From a virus (taxonomy: Duplodnaviria; Caudoviricetes), in IMG/VR virus record IMGVR_UViG_3300010885_059224, positions 1 through 64,000 of that record: DNA of 64,000 nucleotides. One strand, 5' to 3'. Below the pieces are notes generated by a model. The model saw only the letters and a list, made by a program, of their open reading frames with translations. It ran no database searches and was not told the DNA's origin. Below, one piece after another: positions 30,641-37,050 of this stretch. The number at the start of each line of letters is the position of its first letter. Position 1 is the first letter of the stretch. The position numbers and the translations under genes are program-made.

Positions 30641-31798
30641 ATGGAAATAGTACAATGGCTTAACGAAAACGCCCTGAGGGCTTACCCATTAATAGAGGGT
30701 AAGACTGTAGAGCAAATACCTGATGGAGTCATACTAGACTTATTACTTAATATTTCCGAAGGCACAGATCCCGCAACAGCTAAATTAACCGCACTAGTTG
30801 TTAATTCTACAGATATAACTGTTATTTTTACAGATAACTTTTTTGATTATAATTATGCTGAGCATGGAGTCTCTGGCATTGATAATATTACATTTCCAAT
30901 ATACATAAGAAATGCTTCAGGCAGCCTAGTAGTACTTGGAGAGGACTTGAAAAAAATAACAAGAGGCACTGTATTTAATGTAGATGTCCCTGTTGAACCC
31001 GCCACAGTATACCAATTTAGTGGTGCATGGAATGGTGTTACTAGCATATCGGGAAATCCCAATTACCTTAGCGGTGGGTTCCAAATAGCCAACATTATGA
31101 ACTATTCAGGACAACCATCAGTAGGGTACAATACCGTAAGTGTTGGCCTTGGTAATCCTGGGTGGGGTCCCCAAATACAAGCAAACCCACATAGTTATGA
31201 AATTGTATTTAATGGTGGATTAACCGCAGATATCGCTACAGCTTCAGGTAGTCCGTATCCAGGAGGCCGCTGGACTTTTACCGGTGAATGGCCAGCTAAC
31301 TCAAATGGCGCCCCACTAACCATAAGATCAAAAAATACAGATTCATTTGCACCATTTCTCCCGCTACAGTCGGTTGACGGTGTTGGCTTGACTGGAGATA
31401 TCGAATTTGTTCCTGGTTATAACTACGCGATAAATTTTAATAACAATGCGATAAATATGACAGTTGGCTACCGATTAGGCCTAAAAATGGATTGCACAAC
31501 CAAATTTCTACAGGATAAATACCTGGATTGTGGGGATATCGTATCTTATATTAACGGAGTACCTCCGGATGACTCTGGAGTGTTTAAATTCACTGCAGGT
31601 AGCAATATTTATTTATTCGATGGTGATTCGGTACAAGAGCCCATACAGGATACAAACCTAGCCCCACCGTTGAGTGTTTATACAGATATATCAGGGGACA
31701 AACAAACAGGATTAAATAATAACACTATATTTGTAGGGTTGACATTCCTAGAGTCTGATTTATGCTCTCCTATACAACTACTACCCACAAATAACTAA
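30641..31798 (+). CDS. NxN..YP-family structural protein 5
   Basis: WLNENALRAYP N-terminus; CGDIVSYINGVPPD. Confidence 0.5.
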   Translation: MEIVQWLNENALRAYPLIEGKTVEQIPDGVILDLLLNISEGTDPATAKLTALVVNSTDITVIFTDNFFDYNYAEHGVSGIDNITFPIYIRNASGSLVVLGEDLKKITRGTVFNVDVPVEPATVYQFSGAWNGVTSISGNPNYLSGGFQIANIMNYSGQPSVGYNTVSVGLGNPGWGPQIQANPHSYEIVFNGGLTADIATASGSPYPGGRWTFTGEWPANSNGAPLTIRSKNTDSFAPFLPLQSVDGVGLTGDIEFVPGYNYAINFNNNAINMTVGYRLGLKMDCTTKFLQDKYLDCGDIVSYINGVPPDDSGVFKFTAGSNIYLFDGDSVQEPIQDTNLAPPLSVYTDISGDKQTGLNNNTIFVGLTFLESDLCSPIQLLPTNN

Positions 31799-31802
31799 AA
31801 AT

Positions 31803-32120
31803 ATGAGCGAAGCAAAAAAAAGAATGGTGTTCACTAGCGTAAACCAAATATTAACACTTATAAAAACCACACCCGCGCTACAACAAATGCCGAGATTCAG
31901 CGGGTTGAAAGATAACGAACTAAGTAAGACCCCTACAAACAGCTGCAATTGTGCAAGAAACATAGTAACTCCAGATGTAAACAAGCAGATATTGGAGAGC
32001 ACGTTATCCTCTCTAAATGATACTGACTTCTTTACCATAAAGAACGCACTAGGGCTAGATGAACTGTGCTACTACAAGAGGAATAGTGCCACCAGTAAAT
32101 TAGAGATGATTTGCATCTAG
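31803..32120 (+). CDS. Hypothetical protein (105 aa, CNC motif)
   Basis: Closely packed after the fibre cluster. Confidence 0.55.
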   Translation: MSEAKKRMVFTSVNQILTLIKTTPALQQMPRFSGLKDNELSKTPTNSCNCARNIVTPDVNKQILESTLSSLNDTDFFTIKNALGLDELCYYKRNSATSKLEMICI

Positions 32121-32125
32121 TTTGC

Positions 32126-32134
32126 TGATATACT
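32126..32134 (+). promoter_or_regulatory. Extended -10 promoter TGaTATACT (likely leaderless transcript)
   Basis: TGn-TATACT ending 7 nt before ATG 32142. Confidence 0.5.
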
Positions 32135-32141
32135 CGGTTAT

Positions 32142-32801
32142 ATGAGTAATCCATCCCAGCATCCAGTATACTACATAAATTCTGCCGACGGTACGAGCTT
32201 ACCCGTACCATTAGACTCTATTGACGGCACTGTAGAGCCCAGACATAGCATAATCAGGGGCAGGAAGAACTCACCACTTAGAGAGTATACTTCTCCTATT
32301 GGGTTTATGGGGTTTCCTGGCGTACCATACGAGCAGGGAGTACCAAATCCCTCAACGTATTCTCAAGGAGAGGACGTTGTTTTAGACGCCATGCTTTACT
32401 ATAAGGGAGAACCTGTTAGCGAAGAAAAGTATAATATTACTGCCGTTGTTAAGTCTGACCCTCATGCCCTAAATGCTATCTGGACAGGTATTGTTGATAA
32501 TGGCATATACAAGGGAGGTAAGTCTGGTATTTATGAGATATGGATACCTAGCGCGAATACCTCCAAGATGTTTGCCGGTTCATACTACCTAGACATTGTT
32601 TTAAAGGAACCTGTGGGTACTGGGATGGGACCTAAAGATAGAACAATTTTCGTTGCTAGCTATATTTTCAACATAGTGTATAGCTCAGCCAGTCCTAATC
32701 CGGAGAGTGCGGATGTTGGCGATAATCAATTAAATAGAAGCACCTTAAAGCCATCTTGGCCCCCAGTGGCGGACACCATCGGAACATCATCTGTACGTTG
32801 A
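32142..32801 (+). CDS. Hypothetical protein, possibly a beta-sandwich structural protein
   Basis: 219 aa; YSQGED..IWIPSANT..AGSYYLDI resembles upper-baseplate Ig-like domains. Confidence 0.45.
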   Translation: MSNPSQHPVYYINSADGTSLPVPLDSIDGTVEPRHSIIRGRKNSPLREYTSPIGFMGFPGVPYEQGVPNPSTYSQGEDVVLDAMLYYKGEPVSEEKYNITAVVKSDPHALNAIWTGIVDNGIYKGGKSGIYEIWIPSANTSKMFAGSYYLDIVLKEPVGTGMGPKDRTIFVASYIFNIVYSSASPNPESADVGDNQLNRSTLKPSWPPVADTIGTSSVR

Positions 32802-32827
32802 AATTTAGGTAATATCTTCAACCTGTA

Positions 32828-32863
32828 CCCCCCAGGCTAAATATACATTCTGGCTGGTATAAT
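32828..32863 (+). promoter_or_regulatory. Promoter CCCCCCA-N21-GGTATAAT (copy 1)
   Basis: Perfect TATAAT; same spacing to a C-run as the copy at 33468. Confidence 0.6.
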
Positions 32864-32870
32864 TAATTAG

Positions 32871-33164
32871 ATGGCAAGTTATATCGCTGTCTATTTTTTA
32901 ACTATGAAGATAGCCAAATATTTACGAAGGATAGATTGGACGGCAGATAGTAGGTTATATAGCTTATCCACCAAGTTAGATGGACATAGCTATATAATCG
33001 TTACTGCAACAAAGTCAGATTTCTCAGAACCGGAAACTTTGATTTTCGGTGCAGATGAGAGAGGGAACCCAATAGATTTTGAGGAATTACCAGGAACAGG
33101 AGTCGGAAGCATTAATCATGACGCAGCAATAATAAAGGCGGGATATACTCCGTTTTACAACTAA
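32871..33164 (+). CDS. Hypothetical protein (97 aa; alternative start 32904)
   Basis: Downstream of a TATAAT promoter; ETLIFGADERG..FEELPG. Confidence 0.6.
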   Translation: MASYIAVYFLTMKIAKYLRRIDWTADSRLYSLSTKLDGHSYIIVTATKSDFSEPETLIFGADERGNPIDFEELPGTGVGSINHDAAIIKAGYTPFYN

Positions 33165-33178
33165 CCCACACAAAATAC

Positions 33179-33466
33179 ATGAGCCACGAAATAGTAGACA
33201 AGTTGATACAGGAAAACACAGATCTCAAAAATAACTTAGAGGTACATGCTAACATGGCGGTACAGCTTACAGTAACAAGAAATGAGCTAATGACTCAACT
33301 TGAGAAGCTTAATGAAAAGATTAAGGTACTGGAGAGTCATCCCAAGATTGTAAAAATTAATAAGAATGATGATAGAACATTCGTAAGCATCGACGACTTG
33401 TTTGAGATCCGTAGATCAGATAAAGCAGAAATAAAGAGACTCAGCCAACTTTTAAATGGGTGTTAA
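33179..33466 (+). CDS. Hypothetical coiled-coil protein (95 aa)
   Basis: Heptad-like L/E/K pattern; C/A-rich leader. Confidence 0.6.
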   Translation: MSHEIVDKLIQENTDLKNNLEVHANMAVQLTVTRNELMTQLEKLNEKIKVLESHPKIVKINKNDDRTFVSIDDLFEIRRSDKAEIKRLSQLLNGC

Positions 33467-33467
33467 C

Positions 33468-33503
33468 CCCCCCATTTATAATTATGGTTTTTTGCGGTAT
33501 AAT
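33468..33503 (+). promoter_or_regulatory. Promoter CCCCCCA-N21-GGTATAAT (copy 2), upstream of the ncRNA array
   Basis: TATAAT at 33498-33503 directly ahead of the first structured module. Confidence 0.6.
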
Positions 33504-33504
33504 A

Positions 33505-33624
33505 AAATGTAACCACGATTTGCTGGGCTCTATTAATTTAGGGTATAGCGGCAAATCAATTGGTTGACAACCCCACACACCCAACAACGTGCATCTTCTT
33601 CACAGAAGATAGCATGTTACATTT
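33505..33624 (+). ncRNA. Unassigned two-hairpin structured RNA
   Basis: GATTTGCTG/CGGCAAATC and ATCTTCT/AGAAGAT stems joined by a C/A-rich linker. Confidence 0.45.
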
Positions 33625-33656
33625 AGCTTTTTGGGGTGCACAGATCCTCATATTTT

Positions 33657-33757
33657 GAAACACTGCCTGAATAGGGCGCAGGGAGAACCTGCGACTACAC
33701 ATACCCGGTTATCTGTTTTCATAGGGACTATGTGGGTTGCAACACAGGCAGTGTTTC
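33657..33757 (+). ncRNA. Unassigned three-way-junction RNA (copy A)
   Basis: Perfect 13-bp closing stem GAAACACTGCCTG/CAGGCAGTGTTTC, CGCAGG-GAGAA-CCTGCG hairpin, long second arm. Confidence 0.65.
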
Positions 33758-33759
33758 TA

Positions 33760-33828
33760 ACTCGTCTATGCGAGTATAAATAGCCAACTAGGCATAGAGC
33801 GTCCCGGCTAAAATAGCTGGGGGATTGG
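33760..33828 (+). ncRNA. Pistol self-cleaving ribozyme
   Basis: P1 ACTCG/CGAGT; loop TCTATG pseudoknots with CATAGA; AAA linker; TAG/CTA; GCG; P3 TCCCGGCTA/TAGCTGGGG; P2 CCAA/TTGG; predicted cut G33823/A33824. Confidence 0.9.
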
Positions 33829-33992
33829 GCGCAAGAATGGAACGTATCGTAATTAAGTTACGCTCCCCTAATAGGTCAATATGGTATAACCCATATTTGG
33901 TGACAACCTCATAGGTCTCTGCAAAGACAATGAACAAATCACCCGCCTCGCTAATGACAATTGCAGAAGTCTTGGCAGGAACGCGCCCCGAA
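33824..33992 (+). ncRNA. Unassigned multibranch RNA starting at the pistol cleavage site
   Basis: GGGCGC/GCGCCC closing stem; CGTAAT/GTTACG, AATATGG/CCATATT and TCTGCAA/TTGCAGA stems. Confidence 0.55.
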
Positions 33993-33995
33993 TTT

Positions 33996-34112
33996 AAATA
34001 AGCTTGTGAGTAGAGCGCCCGGAGATCTGGCGACACGGTTAGTAGATTGATTTTTAACCACACGCTGGTGGTATTTAATCTGCTAAATGGTGATGATCAC
34101 ACAAACTTATTT
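33996..34112 (+). ncRNA. Unassigned three-way-junction RNA (copy B)
   Basis: 12/13-bp closing stem AAATAAGCTTGTG/CACAAACTTATTT; shares a 26-nt core with copy A; TTAGTAGATTG/TAATCTGCTAA arm. Confidence 0.65.
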
Positions 34113-34164
34113 TTAACTGTCCCCTCCCCTAAACCAAAACACCAACCATAACCATAAAACAAAC

Positions 34165-34947
34165 ATGGCTAAAAACGTAGAAGTAATAGATTGGGCTTCA
34201 CCTGCCCGTAAGGCAAAAAGAGACAATGATCTTTATATCAATAGGGATCTCAAGAAGCTCATGACATATCGTGAGTATAGAAATCAACCAGTTAATGTTT
34301 TATCATTACCTGCAGAGAAGTGGCTGTGGGAGAGCCAGTTGATTCAGAACTTCCCTAATAATAAGATTAACTTTCTAGGCACAGAGTCAAATCCTGTAGT
34401 TTATAAGAAAGCGCTAGAAGTAGCTACCACGATTAATGGTAAAAACGTAAAAACAGAACTACTACCCAACAAATGGGAAGAAGTGGTGGTTAGAGATTTT
34501 AACTCTAGGATGTTTAATCCCACAGATGCTGGTTTTGACATCATTTACGGGGACTTCATGGGTACATTTAATAGAGGCATTATAGGCTATATAGAAGAAC
34601 TATTGAGTGATACCGAAATGTTAAAACCTCTTGGTAATATTATTTTTACATTCATGCTTGCTCGTGGATGTAAATATACCAGAGAGGAAACAATAAAGAT
34701 CGGGGAGAAATCCGCTTATAGACATCAGCTCTATGTTGATGACGATAAGATGTGGCTACGGAACACCAAAAACAACACCTCAAATCTGGTACATACATAT
34801 GCTCTGGGCATTATGGAAACAGTTGTGTTAATCGCCAAGAAGTTTGGTAAGGTATTAATACCCGCTAAACCTCACGTTTATTATAGCCCAGGAGCTAACG
34901 GAGCAGAACTTCCAGAAGGCAGCTTTTGCTTTACTAGGCTTAAATAA
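34165..34947 (+). CDS. Class I SAM-dependent methyltransferase-like protein
   Basis: Rossmann MTase strand order: NVLSLPAE (motif I-like), FLGTESNP (II), FDIIYGDFMG (IV), LKPLGNIIFTF (VI); motif I is degenerate. Confidence 0.5.
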   Translation: MAKNVEVIDWASPARKAKRDNDLYINRDLKKLMTYREYRNQPVNVLSLPAEKWLWESQLIQNFPNNKINFLGTESNPVVYKKALEVATTINGKNVKTELLPNKWEEVVVRDFNSRMFNPTDAGFDIIYGDFMGTFNRGIIGYIEELLSDTEMLKPLGNIIFTFMLARGCKYTREETIKIGEKSAYRHQLYVDDDKMWLRNTKNNTSNLVHTYALGIMETVVLIAKKFGKVLIPAKPHVYYSPGANGAELPEGSFCFTRLK

Positions 34948-34969
34948 TTTAATACACTTATAAAAATTT

Positions 34970-35403
34970 GGGGGCGTTACTGGCACTCGACTCCAGAAAT
35001 AGATAACACACCTACATGCGGAGGATCTCAGTTGGCCTCCTTAATCATCTGGGAAAAAACTAAAAGCAGCCTCTAACGAGACGCTTGCTCCTAGCCTCGC
35101 CGAGGCAGACGCCATTCTTGCAAAGTTTGGCTATGCTGACGCTGAGCTCCTCGCTGCCTAACCGCAGCGGAGAAATCCGCTAGTTGCAATAACGGTACAA
35201 GGACGCCCGATGCCATGTACTTCAAACGGGTACCTCGATTATATTGTGAGGGTATAATTCATATATGCACCAATTGCATTAAGTTGGGAATCTGAACTAC
35301 GCATTTACACATTATTGTAGTTCTTATATTAAATGTGAAAAGCATGTACACGGTTGTTTGAAATATCTGGAACACAGGGGTTCGAATCCCCTCGCCTCCA
35401 CCA
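34970..35403 (+). ncRNA. ssrA: tmRNA, encoded tag AASNETLAPSLAEADAILAKFGYADAELLAA
   Basis: GGGGGCG..CTCGAC 5' end; GGGGTTCGAATCCCCTCGCCTCCACCA 3' end with G3:U pair; CATGC/GCATG helix; tag ORF 35066-35161 ending LAA-stop. Confidence 0.95.
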
Positions 35404-35407
35404 ATTT

Positions 35408-35465
35408 GAATGTCGAACCCCGCTCCCCTCTTGTCCAATACCATGGACTGAGGGGAGCAACATTT
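35408..35465 (+). ncRNA. GC-rich hairpin element after tmRNA
   Basis: GCTCCCCTC/GAGGGGAGC and GTCCA/TGGAC stems; could also act as a terminator or processing site. Confidence 0.45.
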
Positions 35466-35572
35466 TATCCGAGAAATCCCATTGCGATAAGCTGGCAGCA
35501 CATTAGAGCTGATCCAGTGTGTCAGAAGAACTCGTAGACCGAAGACGTTTTGGGCGAATAGGTCAATTAATT

Positions 35573-35757
35573 TTCCTCCTAGGGTGAGGTCGCTCCCCTT
35601 GCTCATAGCTTGACGAATACTGCACGACTACAGTTATCGTTAAAGCGAAAGAGACCGCAGTTCCCTGCACGTGTAATCCCTCTATTATATCAGGCATGAG
35701 TAATAAGAAACATGACTAGTCATCATGGGGGAGAGAAGCTAGCTGCGGGTGGAGGAA
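35573..35757 (+). ncRNA. Rod-shaped 185-nt RNA (6S-sized)
   Basis: Nested stems TTCCTCC/GGAGGAA, CTCCCC/GGGGAG, TTGCTCAT/ATGAGTAA, GCTTGA/TCAGGC, TGCACG/CGTGTA. Confidence 0.55.
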
Positions 35758-35766
35758 CACTTTTTA

Positions 35767-35925
35767 TCCCAGTAGTTGTATATAAAACCCACACTGAGAA
35801 GCACGTCAGCCGCCGTGTGTATACGTGGAAATCCTGAAGATAAACGATACATCCTCTCATAGGCATACAGGTGATGAATGTGAGAACAAAGGAAATCAAC
35901 CATCTAGGAGCTACAACTACTGGGA
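35767..35925 (+). ncRNA. Unassigned 159-nt RNA with a perfect 14-bp closing stem
   Basis: TCCCAGTAGTTGTA/TACAACTACTGGGA; inner CACGT/ACGTG and TCTCATA/TGTGAGA. Confidence 0.55.
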
Positions 35926-36092
35926 AAATTTGGTAATGTATTTTATCGGTTAAATCATTAATGTTACAGCCGTCTGTGGCCGCGAGATATCATATCTTTC
36001 CCGCCCAAAAAAATAACAGATAGAATAATTCAAAGGGGTCCAAACCTGTAGATTTATTCTAGCACTATAAAGTAACAGCCATTAACCATTTT
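35926..36092 (+). ncRNA. Unassigned branched RNA
   Basis: TGGTAATG/CATTAACCA, TGTTAC/GTAACA, GTCTGT/ACAGAT and AGAATAA/TTATTCT stems. Confidence 0.45.
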
Positions 36093-36120
36093 CTAAATCT
36101 GACACACTCAGGCTTGGGAG

Positions 36121-36152
36121 CACTGGTCCGGCAGTGACTAACACAATCCGGA
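36121..36152 (+). ncRNA. Compact H-type pseudoknot
   Basis: S1 CACTG/CAGTG, 1-nt L1, S2 TCCGG/CCGGA, A/C-rich L3 ACTAACACAAT. Confidence 0.45.
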
Positions 36153-36196
36153 AAATTTTATTTGCCACATAACCTATATAGGTCTATTGTGATTCT

Positions 36197-36277
36197 AGCT
36201 CAGGACAACCAAAAACCCTCTGGTATTAGGCGTATGCTCCAATGGCACGTGGAGTATTTTAAGTCCTGTCCTGAGCT
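36197..36277 (+). ncRNA. Unassigned three-way-junction RNA
   Basis: Perfect 11-bp closing stem AGCTCAGGACA/TGTCCTGAGCT; ACCA/TGGT and ATGCTCCA/TGGAGTAT hairpins. Confidence 0.55.
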
Positions 36278-36305
36278 CTAATTTTTAGCTATCAACATAA
36301 AGCAC

Positions 36306-36527
36306 ATGACACACAAAAAAACCACAGTAGAAATTCCACAATGGTGGGAAGCAACAGCAGACAACTATAATGATTTCTGGAATATGCAAAGGGCGTACAG
36401 CCTGGCAGGATTAAACACAAGCTATAAAGAGATAGCCCAATACAACACTCCCCCATATTTGGCTATATTTTGGGTAGGTAAACGACCTGACCAGGTTATT
36501 GAAAAATATTCCGAGAAATCCGTTTGA
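36306..36527 (+). CDS. Hypothetical protein (73 aa)
   Basis: ATG ORF with C/A-rich leader. Confidence 0.55.
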   Translation: MTHKKTTVEIPQWWEATADNYNDFWNMQRAYSLAGLNTSYKEIAQYNTPPYLAIFWVGKRPDQVIEKYSEKSV

Positions 36528-36552
36528 CAGGGCTGCAATACTAGCTTAGGGT
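36524..36552 (+). promoter_or_regulatory. Sigma70-type promoter TTGACA-N17-TAGGGT
   Basis: Perfect -35, 17-nt spacer, TAnnnT -10, ending 8 nt before ATG 36561. Confidence 0.55.
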
Positions 36553-36560
36553 CAAAAACC

Positions 36561-36863
36561 ATGAGTAAAACTACCACACAAAAAGAAAGCATCCTAGAGG
36601 AAGCCCTTCGTTTGACGTCTGGTGATCGTCGTAGAGACTATGACCACCCAGCACCAAATCACGAAAGAATATCCACACTATGGAATGCTTATCTATCAGT
36701 TAGAAAAGATCCAGAGGCGGAGATTTCTGCCTACGACGCAGCAATGATGATGATGCTACTAAAGGTGGCCAGGGATGTATATACATCCAAGCGCGATAAC
36801 TTCGTTGATGCTATCGGTTATATCCGTTGCGCAGCTATTATCGCAGGATACGAAGAACAATAA
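36561..36863 (+). CDS. DUF6378-like protein
   Basis: ILEEA..GDR..DY..P..N..RI..LW.AYL..MMLLKVAR..DNFVDAIGY pattern. Confidence 0.75.
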   Translation: MSKTTTQKESILEEALRLTSGDRRRDYDHPAPNHERISTLWNAYLSVRKDPEAEISAYDAAMMMMLLKVARDVYTSKRDNFVDAIGYIRCAAIIAGYEEQ

Positions 36864-36888
36864 TTAACCAACAATATAAATAAAAATT

Positions 36889-37029
36889 TGATCTGACGGT
36901 ATGGAAAAGAACATACATTTGCTACGCGGTAAGTTGTCCGCAGCAACCCTGTGCTTCTGGAAATTCCGGGGGCGAGCTTGCAAGCCGAGGGAAACCAAAA
37001 CAGTGATGGAGTAGTGACCATCCAGATCA
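36889..37029 (+). ncRNA. Unassigned multibranch RNA
   Basis: TGATCTG/CAGATCA closing stem with hairpins GTATG/CATAC, TTGCT..GCGG/CCGC AGCAA, GCTTCTGGA/TCCGGGGGC, GATGG/CCATC. Confidence 0.55.
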
Positions 37030-37050
37030 TTAAAATTAACACATAAAATT

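Noticed and set aside
202-32038. Numerous 60-150 aa antisense or off-frame ORFs nested in structural genes
   Set aside because: Overlap long motif-bearing + strand genes and show no independent coding signal
34056-34085. CACACGCTGGTGGTAT resembles hairpin-ribozyme loop B
   Set aside because: The opposite AGAAACA strand and loop A are absent; the segment is explained as an arm of the three-way-junction RNA
35467-35564. HDV/theta-like ribozyme suggested by GGCGAAT near the 3' end
   Set aside because: No P3/L3 (YCCNCGY) or nested double pseudoknot; only simple hairpins, too weak to list as a feature
33788-35606. Minus-strand ORFs 33788..34063 and 35259..35606
   Set aside because: Antisense to the ribozyme cluster and tmRNA; shadow ORFs
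35826-35900. Hammerhead-like CTGAAGA ... GAAA
   Set aside because: No stem II can be formed between CTGAAGA and the downstream GAAA, and stems I and III do not assemble
36121-36160. Second pistol ribozyme or preQ1 riboswitch
   Set aside because: Has a 5-bp stem with 6-nt loop but lacks the pistol AAA/P2/GCG/P3 elements and the preQ1 loop consensus
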